Source: Allocoleopsis franciscana PCC 7113 (GTDB lineage: Bacteria; Cyanobacteriota; Cyanobacteriia; Cyanobacteriales; Coleofasciculaceae). From it: a stretch of DNA of 32,000 nucleotides. The DNA is taken from positions 2,471,224 through 2,503,223 of the forward strand of contig NC_019738.1 of the NCBI RefSeq assembly GCF_000317515.1, in the 5' to 3' direction. This document shows, piece after piece, positions 1-9,073 of the stretch. The notes under the pieces are model-generated. The model saw nothing but the letters and a program-made list of their open reading frames with translations, did no database searches and was not told the DNA's origin. Position numbers and translations under genes: made by a program. Within the stretch, counting starts at the first letter, position 1; the number at the start of each line of letters is the position of its first letter.

Positions 1-103
1 TATCATTATCAATTCCTACCACGTCCAAACCTTGTGCGGCAAAAAACGTTGTAGCTTCAGAGCCAATTAACCCGGCTGAGCCAGTAATGATAGCGACACT
101 CAC
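1..103 (-). CDS. NAD-dependent epimerase/dehydratase, N-terminal fragment (gene runs off the left edge)
   Basis: The reverse complement of 1-103 reads [36 protein letters not shown], with a Rossmann GxxGxxG at the N-terminus. GGGAG ends 7 nt upstream of the GTG at 103. It is absent from the ORF track because it is truncated. Confidence 0.7.
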   Translation of the reverse strand, partial: MSVAIITGSAGLIGSEATTFFAAQGLDVVGIDND

Positions 104-155
104 GTTTTACTCCCAAAATACAGATGGAACAAGCTAAGCAATGGAGGTTTGATCA

Positions 156-1310
156 TTATTCGTTCAAAACTAAAGAAATAACCTCCACAAAAGATTGGGC
201 GGCTGAAGATGGATTTTTCGTGCTAATGAGTTGCTGAGATTGCTGACTCATTGAATCAATTAGTTCTGGATGTTCCAGAAACCGACGCATAGCGATCGCT
301 AATTCTTCAGGTGCAAACGGGTCAAAAATGTAACCATTCTTGCCCTCAATCACCATTTCTGCGGCTCCTGCCCATTTAGAACATAGAACAGGTTTCCCAA
401 AAACCATCGCTTCAAGCGCCACCATTCCCCATATATCTTCTAATGTGGGAAATACAAAAACATCTGCCTGTTGGAAGTATTTCCCTAGACGCCCATATTC
501 TACCCAGCCGACCCACTTGACCTGATCTTCTAAATGTTGATTTTTGATAAAGATTTCTAGTTCCTCTCGTTGCTCACCCGTACCAACAATCAGGAGTGAA
601 TAATCTAAATAGCCCTGAGATCGCAGAATAGAACAGGCTGCTAAAAGTGACTGAATCCCTTTTCTAGGTGTAATACGTCCCACATACAGAAAAATGGGAG
701 GCTTGAGCGTTTCATCGAATTGATCAACCGTCTCAAGACTTTGCTGTAAAGTGGTTGCATCCGGCACTAAATACGTTTTAGTAAACACTATTTCTGACTT
801 TGCACCCACCCCCTCAATTAGATAATCTTTAGCTCCATAACTATTAGCCACAAAGGCATCCGCATAGCGAGACATCACTCGTCGAAAAAGTGAACGAAGA
901 GTTGAATCTCGAAAATCTGAGTTGGGAGAACTGCCATCATAAATAATGATAAATCGCCACTTTCCCCAAGGTTTTAAAAGCAGCGCTAACAGAGTCCACA
1001 ACGAATAAGCTTGAGCCAAGATTACCTGTGGCTTAAATTGTATTAAGTGACCCATGATACCGGGAGAGAGTATCATTAGACGACGGCTGTAACCCTTCGT
1101 CTGAGTCATCTCTAGAGATTTCATCTCCCCGACAATTTTGATGACATCTGCGCCGGGAACGTCAGGATCGAATCCGGGCCAAACCAGACCGGTGTAAAAA
1201 ATTGTATTTTTAAATACCTTTGTGAATTCTCTCAATACAGGTTGCCAGTAAGCCCCCAGTTCTACCGAAGGTACTAACCAAGCAATGCGAATATCTTTAC
1301 TCTCATCCAT
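156..1310 (-). CDS. glycosyltransferase, GT-B fold (family 4/1-like)
   Basis: 384-aa ORF. The C-terminal half carries the GT-B donor-binding signature FVFPTLEDIWGMVALEAMVFGKPVLCSKWAGAAEMVIEGKNGYIFDP. It lies inside a sugar-modifying cluster. Confidence 0.8.
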   Translation of the reverse strand: MDESKDIRIAWLVPSVELGAYWQPVLREFTKVFKNTIFYTGLVWPGFDPDVPGADVIKIVGEMKSLEMTQTKGYSRRLMILSPGIMGHLIQFKPQVILAQAYSLWTLLALLLKPWGKWRFIIIYDGSSPNSDFRDSTLRSLFRRVMSRYADAFVANSYGAKDYLIEGVGAKSEIVFTKTYLVPDATTLQQSLETVDQFDETLKPPIFLYVGRITPRKGIQSLLAACSILRSQGYLDYSLLIVGTGEQREELEIFIKNQHLEDQVKWVGWVEYGRLGKYFQQADVFVFPTLEDIWGMVALEAMVFGKPVLCSKWAGAAEMVIEGKNGYIFDPFAPEELAIAMRRFLEHPELIDSMSQQSQQLISTKNPSSAAQSFVEVISLVLNE

Positions 1311-1480
1311 CCGGTTGACCCTGAGTTATACAGACCCGGCTATTTAGCCACTCTCTCACAAGATGGGAATGAATCATAGGCGTTTCACCAAACATTTACC
1401 TGAATCAACCCGATGAGATTATCCACTTTCTGGCGACAACACAGCCGCTATCGACGCTACAATCCCACTAGTATTTTTAC

Positions 1481-2380
1481 TCATTCAGCCTTTTTTTCAG
1501 AACCACCGATGAGCGAAATTCCCAATAATCTGCGATAGGGAATCAACCAGTAAAGGGGCCAAAGCAGACCGCCATGCCTCTGGGCGAAAATTTTCCACTC
1601 CCAAAAAGGGTGAAGGACTTGTTCTTTTACGGGTAAACCCTTGGGTTGTCCAATTTTTTTGAGTCCTTCACCCAACGCTACGGATTCATCCGCCTCACTC
1701 CCCGGTTTGTAGTTCTGCGAACAAGTCCCCACATATCCAGGTGCAACCCAAAGGGTACACCCCTGTCGCTGGGCGCGTAAACCGTAGTCCCAGTCACCGG
1801 CATAGTGAGTAAAAGCCGGCTCTAGATTCCCCACGACTTGAACCACGGCTCTGGGAATCAGAACACAGTTGCCGTTAATGGTGTCACAGCGCTGTGGGGA
1901 CTCCCCAGGTTCTAGCAAGTCAAATTTCAGGGGTCGCCAACGGCTGCGGCGCATTACCCCTCCATAAGTTGGGGCTTTAGTTTGGGGATCGCAAGTCGAT
2001 CCGGCAACAATAGCCCGATGCTCACCTTGATCCCGTAAATGATCAAACGTTTCTAAGAGGTGGCTTAAGGCGTTGGGGTAAAGCAGGGTGTCATTGTTCA
2101 ACCACAGGTAGTAGTCGTAGTCGTCCTTAATGGCTTCAGCAAAGGCAAGGCGTGTTCCGCCATTCCAAAATAAGCTGCCATCTCCTTTCAGAATCTTCAC
2201 CTGGGGATAGGACTGGGCTACAGCCTCTGCGGTATCATCCGTACTGCCATCATCGACTAAATAAACATCAATGGTGAGCTTACCCTTGAGTTCCTGATGG
2301 AAGAGAGCCTGAAGACAAGCCAACGTCAGTAGCTTGCGGTTATGGCAAGTGAGCAGTGCAGCTAGGCGATCGCAGTTCAT
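1481..2380 (-). CDS. glycosyltransferase family 2 (GT-A fold)
   Basis: Motifs LTCHNRK, VYLVDDGSTDDT and LWLNNDTLL are present. The ORF track begins at a TTG (2419), but the ATG at 2380 (MNCDRLAALLTCHNR) gives the usual short GT2 N-terminus. Confidence 0.8.
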   Translation of the reverse strand: MNCDRLAALLTCHNRKLLTLACLQALFHQELKGKLTIDVYLVDDGSTDDTAEAVAQSYPQVKILKGDGSLFWNGGTRLAFAEAIKDDYDYYLWLNNDTLLYPNALSHLLETFDHLRDQGEHRAIVAGSTCDPQTKAPTYGGVMRRSRWRPLKFDLLEPGESPQRCDTINGNCVLIPRAVVQVVGNLEPAFTHYAGDWDYGLRAQRQGCTLWVAPGYVGTCSQNYKPGSEADESVALGEGLKKIGQPKGLPVKEQVLHPFWEWKIFAQRHGGLLWPLYWLIPYRRLLGISLIGGSEKKAE

Positions 2381-2635
2381 CGGTTCAAATCGGTTGATTC
2401 TCGTCGCAACCAGGTACAAGAGGCTTCATCTGAATAGAATAATGAGCTGGAAATTTTTCTGTATTGAAATTTACATTCCATCTCTGTCATTCAACGGATC
2501 AGGTCAGCACTCACGGAGCCAATCGGTGACTAACGGCCTGAAAGATGACAAGTTCATTGATTGTATCGATAGAATTTTACCGTAACTTACGATAAACCCC
2601 TCCGTTACCTCTGTGAGAAAGTGAGACAAGCCATT

Positions 2636-3595
2636 ATGGAAGATTTTGGCATTATTGTTGCCTGTTGTTACCAAGATTACTTATTTGCCAAGGGCTGTTG
2701 TGCCAGTATTAGACATTTCTTGGGCGATGTTCCAATCTGCCTGATTGTTGATGGAACGTTCTCGGTCAGCTCCTTGGAAAAGGCATACAACGTTCGTATC
2801 CTCAATCACCATAACGTGACCCATGAGCTTCTTAAGAAAAGAAGCTTTGGTTGGGGGAAAACGAAGATGATTGCATTTTGGGAAAGCCCCTGGAAGCATT
2901 TTCTCGTTTTAGATGCGGATACGAATGTATGGGGGAATGTTCTCAAGTATGCCGACTTTAAAAATTATGATGCGGTGATTGACAAGCCTCGTTATGGTTA
3001 TCCCGACGACAAGGTTTGTGAGTTTTTCTTTGAAATTTCAGCCGTGGAGAAATATTTCCCCGATTTTAACTGGCAAGCTCACCGTCATGATTATTTTTGT
3101 ACAGGAACCTTCTTTGGAACACGAGATATCTTTAGTTTGGAGGAATATATCGAGATTTTAGATTTCACAGAAAAGCATCCAGGCATCTTTAAATATGGTG
3201 AGATGGGTTTCTTGAACTTCATGCTTTTCCGGGCGGCAGATAATGGGAAAATCCGCTTGGGGCAAGTGCCGATGCAACTCATTGTCCCCGATTTTGAACG
3301 AGAGGCAATGCAAAAACGCTTTCCTGTGGAGGAAACGGGGCCAGTGGTACAGAATGAAGAGGCGATCGTGATTCACTGGTGTGGGCCAAAGCCAAGATTA
3401 TCAACGTCTCAAGTCTATCCAGAACCCATGAGTTTTTGTCGGCGGCAATTTCTCCATAATGAGCGTGGATATACGGGAACAACTGCTAATTTATGGCTGA
3501 AATTAGAAGATTATTCCAGCCTTGTAAACGTTTATAAGAACAAAATTCTTCGCAAATTATCTCAACGCCGTCAAAGGTTACTGACTCAGAAATAA
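2636..3595 (+). CDS. putative nucleotide-sugar transferase (DxD, GT-A-like), family uncertain
   Basis: The frame is open from GTG 2621, and ATG 2636 gives MEDFGIIVACC. There is a DxD-like LVLDADT motif. It is divergent from the GT2 gene. No stronger family signature was recognised. Confidence 0.5.
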   Translation: MEDFGIIVACCYQDYLFAKGCCASIRHFLGDVPICLIVDGTFSVSSLEKAYNVRILNHHNVTHELLKKRSFGWGKTKMIAFWESPWKHFLVLDADTNVWGNVLKYADFKNYDAVIDKPRYGYPDDKVCEFFFEISAVEKYFPDFNWQAHRHDYFCTGTFFGTRDIFSLEEYIEILDFTEKHPGIFKYGEMGFLNFMLFRAADNGKIRLGQVPMQLIVPDFEREAMQKRFPVEETGPVVQNEEAIVIHWCGPKPRLSTSQVYPEPMSFCRRQFLHNERGYTGTTANLWLKLEDYSSLVNVYKNKILRKLSQRRQRLLTQK

Positions 3596-3839
3596 TCGTT
3601 AGTCTTGGGAAAAATCATCGTTTGTTGAGAATTGACCAAAGGAAATGAAGCATGGGTTTGATTGTTCTCCCGATGGGAGCAGCCGCACTTGATTTTGACT
3701 GACTCCTTTCCCAGGACAAGACGATTGTAAGGACAGAATCCGATTGCCTCTTCGCCCAAAATCTATCGGGTGAGAAAGGAGTAGTTCTCTACGAATCTGC
3801 TACCCTAAGTTTTTAAAGGCGTGAAGCATTGTATTTATT

Positions 3840-4103
3840 GTGAGTTCCATGAATCTGCCGGAAACGACTGCCTATGTCAGGATTACGCAGCACTCCTGGC
3901 AACAGGGAAAGATGGAAGGAGAAGTGCAAGCGGCAGAATATAGGTGGCAGTTTCAGTGGTGTTTCCGGAAAGGACAGTTGTCTGTCAAACCTTCTCTAGG
4001 ACGTGCTCTGATTCAAGAGCCACTCGGTCGTTTTTTAGAGCGCTGCGATTACCAATTGGAGCCAGGAGGAGATTATGCCTTTACGATTCGAGCTGAACTG
4101 TGA
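3840..4103 (+). CDS. hypothetical protein (87 aa)
   Basis: ORF evidence only (GTG 3840 or ATG 3849), with no motif recognised. Its TGA stop (4101-4103) lies in the left target-site duplication of the adjacent MITE. Confidence 0.35.
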   Translation: MSSMNLPETTAYVRITQHSWQQGKMEGEVQAAEYRWQFQWCFRKGQLSVKPSLGRALIQEPLGRFLERCDYQLEPGGDYAFTIRAEL

Positions 4104-4107
4104 TTAG

Positions 4108-4268
4108 GGGTGCATCCCATTTGTACAAGAACACCTGGCGATTGGAAATCGCTGCTATAGAAACGAAGTCCGCCTGCGCGGACTCAATGCCAGCCTGCGG
4201 AGGCAGGCTTTGTTTGTATAGCCCCAGACTTCTAGTCTGTGGGCAATTTGTAAAATCGGGATGCTCCC
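4108..4268. mobile_element. MITE-like non-autonomous element, 161 bp
   Basis: The terminal inverted repeats are GGGTGCATCCCATTTGTACAA (4108-4128) and the reverse complement of 4248-4268, GGGAGCATCCCGATTTTACAA (17/21 identical). They are flanked by direct GTGATTAG at 4100-4107 and 4269-4276. There is no coding capacity, and the interior is an inverted dimer of a two-hairpin module. Confidence 0.7.
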
Positions 4269-4293
4269 GTGATTAGAGCCGATCATTGATGCT

Positions 4294-4710
4294 TCAGCCT
4301 TCTTTTGACTCCATCCCTAATCCCTTCAAATAACGTTCGATTAACAAAATGGCAACAATATCATCGATGGGACGAGGGGGTTCGCGCATTCCTTGAGGGA
4401 TGAGGCGTTGCAGTCCTGTGGGGGGGTACATTTGCCAATAGCGATCGCGTGCTTCTAAACTGCTGTAACGCTCATCGACCAAAACAATCGGCAATGAGGC
4501 TGATAACTCGCGCTCAAGTGTCTGTTTCCACTTTTTTGCCGTCGTTTGATCGCCCATCACTAAGGTGGTGATGGAGAATTGCTGACACAATTGTTGAAGG
4601 GTTGCGATCGCATCAGCAGACGGCACAACCTGATGGTAAAGGAGCTGTTGCTGCTTACCCATTACGGCTAAACCACATTTATCGCGTCCGGGATCAAAGC
4701 CTAAAAGCAA
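4294..4710 (-). CDS. YqgF/RuvX-like RNase H-fold nuclease (resolvase-like)
   Basis: 138 aa with a TTG start. The N-terminal LLGFDPGRDKCGLAV resembles the G-x-D-x-G-x-x-R-x-G-x-A motif of YqgF. VLVDERYSSLEA matches the second conserved DER(L)T(T)xxA block. It starts 24 nt downstream of the preceding gene. Confidence 0.55.
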   Translation of the reverse strand: MLLGFDPGRDKCGLAVMGKQQQLLYHQVVPSADAIATLQQLCQQFSITTLVMGDQTTAKKWKQTLERELSASLPIVLVDERYSSLEARDRYWQMYPPTGLQRLIPQGMREPPRPIDDIVAILLIERYLKGLGMESKEG

Positions 4711-4734
4711 GGAATTTCTTCTCGACTCAACAAA

Positions 4735-6309
4735 TCATGTTTTAAAAAGCACTTGTCCATTGTGCATCGCAACCAACTGTAATTTCAAGGGACCAGCGGT
4801 AGGGGTTGTTTCTTGAGTGATCGCTTTAATATCTACAGATTGACCATACTTTTCTAGCTGTTCAATAAAGTTAATGACTGTAATGATGCGACCATCTCCA
4901 ATCTGAATACTACCGAGTATCCCAGCACGACGCGCCCGGAACTGAGCGGCAGCTAGCAACTGATCGAGCCGCTGCCTGATTTGTTCATTAGTCATCGTTG
5001 AAGCATCGACAGAAACGGTAGCCAAGAGTTCCTCCGCTGGAAATACAACTTGATTAGGGACTGCATCTGCAAAAACTTGTATGTCCTTTTCGCCCTCCAC
5101 ATAGTTACCAACAGAGAGGATTCGCACCACATAGTCTTTCCCATCTTTAATCTGATTAATTAACACCTCAACCTGTGATTTAGGGATTTTGACCAGAGGC
5201 TCATCGGCATCTGTTCTATTCTGGCGAGTGATTTCAACAGCTTTGCGATTCGCTTCCCGCAATAGCTGTTCAATGGCTTGAGGAGCAGCCTTTGGATCAA
5301 CCACGCGCACAACACCAAAGGCCAGAACTTGACCACGAACCAGAGCGACATTACCCTGACGCAGCACTTGATAGTTCTGATAATACTGTTCTAGTGTTTC
5401 TACTTCCTGTCGTAAAAAAGCCAGTTGTTTTTCTCGTTCACCAAGTTGTTTTTCTTGAGCAGCCAGTTGGCTTTCTCGTTGCGTAAGTTCTTGTTCCAAT
5501 TCTTGGAGACGAGCTTCGCGCTGGGTAATCGCTGCTCTTAATTTTTCTTCCCGTTCTTTGTAGCGAGCCTCGCGCTGGACGATTACTTGCTTGAATTCTT
5601 GTTCCAGTTCTTTGAGGCGTTCTTCACTCTCAGTAATCGCTCTGGCTTTTTCTTGTAGTTCCTGATTGCGTTCTTTAATGGTTTGATTTTTCCGGGCTAG
5701 TTCCTGATTGCGCTCCTCAATGGTTTGACCTCGCTTGACGAGTTCCTCATCTCGCTGAGTCACTGATTCTCTTAATTGAGCGACTTGAGTTTGAAGTTGA
5801 GTAATTTGCTCAGTGAGTTGATTTCGCTGCTGCAACAACTGCTGGCGTTCTGCTAGGAGTGACTTAATTTCTGATCGGAGTACCGTAGCCTGCCCAGAAA
5901 TATTTTTTAATTGAGCTTGAGCTTTTTGGAAATTTTGATTAATGATATCTAGACGCTTTTGAGCCTCAGATTGCTGGGTTCTAGCTTGAGTTAATTCACT
6001 CTCTACCTGCTGCTTCTGCTGATTAATCGTCTGGATTTCACCACGAGCAATTCTCAGATTTTTTTTGATTTCGTCGAGTCGTAAAAGCCCATCTCTAATA
6101 GAGCCACTTGTCGCGAACAAAATCCCTAAAGTTGTCGCAGAAATCAGACTACCCGTGATTACGGTCACCAAAGTGGCTGTCTTGCGAGGACGTAAATTAA
6201 ATAAGCTTAACCGCGCCTTGCCTACTTTCGTGCCAATGCGATCGCCTAAGGTGGCGATTACCCCCCCCAATAACAAAATTGCCACAATCAGGATATAACC
6301 GCTGGTCAT
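4735..6309 (-). CDS. membrane-anchored coiled-coil protein (resembles cyanobacterial DUF3084 family)
   Basis: The N-terminus has hydrophobic helices (ILIVAILLLGGVIATLG; TATLVTVITGSLISATTLGILFA). A ~270-aa Q/E/R/L heptad-rich region follows, with internal repeats (ERNQEL twice, TQREAR/VQREAR), then a globular C-terminus. Confidence 0.6.
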   Translation of the reverse strand: MTSGYILIVAILLLGGVIATLGDRIGTKVGKARLSLFNLRPRKTATLVTVITGSLISATTLGILFATSGSIRDGLLRLDEIKKNLRIARGEIQTINQQKQQVESELTQARTQQSEAQKRLDIINQNFQKAQAQLKNISGQATVLRSEIKSLLAERQQLLQQRNQLTEQITQLQTQVAQLRESVTQRDEELVKRGQTIEERNQELARKNQTIKERNQELQEKARAITESEERLKELEQEFKQVIVQREARYKEREEKLRAAITQREARLQELEQELTQRESQLAAQEKQLGEREKQLAFLRQEVETLEQYYQNYQVLRQGNVALVRGQVLAFGVVRVVDPKAAPQAIEQLLREANRKAVEITRQNRTDADEPLVKIPKSQVEVLINQIKDGKDYVVRILSVGNYVEGEKDIQVFADAVPNQVVFPAEELLATVSVDASTMTNEQIRQRLDQLLAAAQFRARRAGILGSIQIGDGRIITVINFIEQLEKYGQSVDIKAITQETTPTAGPLKLQLVAMHNGQVLFKT

Positions 6310-6418
6310 CGCCTACGCTTAGTCTGTCCAGATACAGCCTATCTCATGGCTGTAGGGCTTCATGTTCTTTTTTTTGACTCAGCACTGCGCCCATGCGGTC
6401 ATTGATGGATCAAGCGGG

Positions 6419-7090
6419 TTAGGTAAACTGCTGGCTCAACACCACTGGGTTGTGAACCGTAATTTTTTTCTTATGAATTGAAATCATTTGTTCTGAACGC
6501 AAGTCTCCCAGTAAACGAGTCACAGTGACACGGGTTGAGCCTATGGCTTCTGCGATCGCTTGATGAGACAGCTTCAGATCGATGGTGATCCCCTCCGCTG
6601 AGGGGACTCCGAAGTCGCGGCACAGAATCAACAGAAAACTGACCAAGCGCGAACCCATGTCCCGATGAGCGAGTGTTTCGATCATCATTTCTGTTTGCAA
6701 AATCCGTGAGGATAGACCCCGTAACATCAACATGGATAGCTCTGGGTTGTCCTTGAGTGATTGCTCTACTTGGTCAATGGGTGCAGAGAGCAATTCAACA
6801 GGTGTAAAAGCAACGGCATGATAAAACCGATCAGAGCGGTGACCTGTAATCAGCGACAAAACCCCGAAAACACTATTTTCGCGTAACAGCGCTACCGTAA
6901 TTTCTTCCCCAGCTTCGTAAACTCTAGACAGCTTTACGGCTCCTTTGAGCAAGAAGTAGACCCTTTCTGCTGGGTCTCCTGGGAAAAAAATCGTTTTCCC
7001 CCGCTCAAACGTTTCAACCACCGGTGGAAATGCCCCACCGCCCATCTGACGAAACACTGCTGCTAACGGTCTATTTTGCGTCACGACCAT
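6419..7090 (-). CDS. ntcA: global nitrogen regulator NtcA (CRP/FNR family)
   Basis: 223 aa with a cNMP-binding-like N-terminal domain. The C-terminal [28 protein letters not shown] is the canonical NtcA recognition helix region. Confidence 0.93.
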   Translation of the reverse strand: MVVTQNRPLAAVFRQMGGGAFPPVVETFERGKTIFFPGDPAERVYFLLKGAVKLSRVYEAGEEITVALLRENSVFGVLSLITGHRSDRFYHAVAFTPVELLSAPIDQVEQSLKDNPELSMLMLRGLSSRILQTEMMIETLAHRDMGSRLVSFLLILCRDFGVPSAEGITIDLKLSHQAIAEAIGSTRVTVTRLLGDLRSEQMISIHKKKITVHNPVVLSQQFT

Positions 7091-7232
7091 AATTTATATG
7101 CTCTTTTGCCAACGCCCTGGCGACTTAGTGTCTATGAATAATTGCCGGTAAAGCTTGAGACTGTTGAACTGAATTGGTGAAATTTCTTGAATGTATCCAA
7201 GACTACTTAATCTGAGTCCAAGCTAGTTTTTT

Positions 7233-7246
7233 GTACTAATTGCTAC
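7233..7246. promoter_or_regulatory. candidate NtcA box (GTA-N8-TAC) upstream of ntcA
   Basis: GTACTAATTGCTAC is a perfect GTAN8TAC, centred about 150 nt upstream of the ntcA ATG in the ntcA/fabI divergent region. I found no clean TAN3T -10 box at the canonical ~22-nt spacing on either strand. Confidence 0.4.
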
Positions 7247-7451
7247 ATAATTTAGGGAAGATTGGTGGAGTGGAACTGTCAGTGAACCAATTGACCTGTC
7301 AAGTCGAGAGCCGAGCGTGGGGTCATCATACACTGTCATACACTTTGTGACTGCATTGGATTGGAGTCATAATACACCGTCTTACCCTGTATAATCACAT
7401 TTGATAACTAGGGATTAAGTGATCATCCAATTAGCTTTAGGATAAAATATT

Positions 7452-8228
7452 ATGCTTAATTTGACTGGAAAAAACGCTCTTGTCACCGGTATTGCCAATA
7501 ATCGCTCGATCGCTTGGGGCATTGCCCAGCAACTGCACAAAGCGGGAGCAAATTTGGGGGTTACCTATCTGCCCGATGAAAAAGGACGTTTTGAGAAAAA
7601 AGTCAAAGAGCTAGTAGAACCCCTCGCCCCTAGTATTTTTTTGCCCTGTAACGTTCAGGACGATGCCCAAATCGCCGCCACCTTCGAGGCGATCGGTCAA
7701 CAATGGGGTAAATTGGACATTCTAATTCATTGCCTTGCCTTTGCGGGTAAAGATGCGTTATCGGGAGACTTTAGTAATGTTTCCAGGGCTGATTTTACCC
7801 AAGCGTTGGAAATTAGCACGTACTCGCTGACTCAACTGGCAGGGGCGGCTAAACCCTTGATGACAGAAGGCGGTAGTATTGTCACCCTCACCTATTTGGG
7901 GGGGGTTAAAGTAATTCCCAATTACAACGTGATGGGAATTGCCAAGGCGGGGCTGGAAATGAGTGTGCGTTACCTAGCGGCTGAACTAGGGCCGAACAAT
8001 ATTCGGGTGAATGCAATCTCAGCAGGGCCGATCCGTACCTTAGCCTCGTCAGCGGTTGGAGGTATCCTCGATATGATTCATCATGTGGAGGAAGTGGCAC
8101 CCCTGCGGCGGACTGTTACCCAGATGGAAGTGGGTAATGCGGCGGCTTTCTTGTGCAGTGATTTATCCAGTGGTGTGACGGGTCAAGTTTTATATGTAGA
8201 CGCCGGTTACGAAATAATGGGGATGTAA
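7452..8228 (+). CDS. fabI: enoyl-[acyl-carrier-protein] reductase (NADH)
   Basis: 258-aa SDR with the N-terminal [13 protein letters not shown] motif and the catalytic Y-x6-K in [12 protein letters not shown]. Confidence 0.92.
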   Translation: MLNLTGKNALVTGIANNRSIAWGIAQQLHKAGANLGVTYLPDEKGRFEKKVKELVEPLAPSIFLPCNVQDDAQIAATFEAIGQQWGKLDILIHCLAFAGKDALSGDFSNVSRADFTQALEISTYSLTQLAGAAKPLMTEGGSIVTLTYLGGVKVIPNYNVMGIAKAGLEMSVRYLAAELGPNNIRVNAISAGPIRTLASSAVGGILDMIHHVEEVAPLRRTVTQMEVGNAAAFLCSDLSSGVTGQVLYVDAGYEIMGM

Positions 8229-8253
8229 GAGTACAGGTAGGAACTCAGGTTTT

Positions 8254-8922
8254 ATGCAACTCAGCGATAGTCCGAAGGGGAATCTGACAGAACACACTGG
8301 TTTCAATCCTCAAAATCAGGAGACTCGGTTCCCCACCCGGATGGCAACCGTCAGCCGTACCACGGGTGAAACGGATGTGCAGGTGAGTTTGAATTTGGAG
8401 GGTACAGGCGCTTGCACGGCTGCCACAGGTATCCCATTTTTAGACCACATGCTGCATCAGATTTCTTCCCATGGGTTGATCGATCTGGACGTGCGGGCTA
8501 AGGGAGACATTGAAATTGATGACCACCACACCAATGAAGATGTGGGGATTACACTGGGGATGGCGTTAGGGAAAGCACTGGGCGATCGCAAAGGGATTGT
8601 TCGCTTTGGTCATTTTTTCGCCCCCCTCGATGAGGCGTTGGTTCAGGTTACCCTCGACTTTTCTGGGCGTCCTCATTTAAGCTACGGCTTGGAGATTCCA
8701 ACGCAGCGGGTGGGAACCTACGACACTCAGTTGGTGCGGGAGTTCTTTGTGGCGGTGGTGAATCACTCTCAGATGACGCTGCACATCCGTCAATTGGATG
8801 GGATTAATTCGCACCACATCATTGAAGCGACGTTCAAGGCATTTGCACGGGCGGTGCGGATGGCGGTGGAAATCGATCCGCGTCGCGCTGGGATGATTCC
8901 TAGTTCTAAGGGTGTGTTGTAG
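8254..8922 (+). CDS. hisB: imidazoleglycerol-phosphate dehydratase
   Basis: Motifs [26 protein letters not shown] and [16 protein letters not shown] are present. There is a ~29-aa N-terminal extension, so the true start could be ATG 8341. Confidence 0.9.
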   Translation: MQLSDSPKGNLTEHTGFNPQNQETRFPTRMATVSRTTGETDVQVSLNLEGTGACTAATGIPFLDHMLHQISSHGLIDLDVRAKGDIEIDDHHTNEDVGITLGMALGKALGDRKGIVRFGHFFAPLDEALVQVTLDFSGRPHLSYGLEIPTQRVGTYDTQLVREFFVAVVNHSQMTLHIRQLDGINSHHIIEATFKAFARAVRMAVEIDPRRAGMIPSSKGVL

Positions 8923-8946
8923 GGGTTGAGAAGTGAGAAGGCGATG

Positions 8947-8992
8947 GCGATTGAAATCGCAGCTATACAAACTCGCGTCCGCCTGCGCGGAC
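8947..8992. repeat. solo copy of the two-hairpin module found in the 4108-4268 MITE
   Basis: GCGATT-GA-AATCGC, A, GCTATACAAAC, TCGC, GTCCGC-CTGC-GCGGAC. This matches 4138-4183 in architecture and almost in sequence. It lies between the hisB stop and the STAND gene start. Confidence 0.6.
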
Positions 8993-9073
8993 TGAAAAGG
9001 GGGCTGTCGCTAATTTTGGGAAGTGTTAGGATTCAGGCTAGGATTTTCCCCTTTCCAAGACTGATAACAAATT

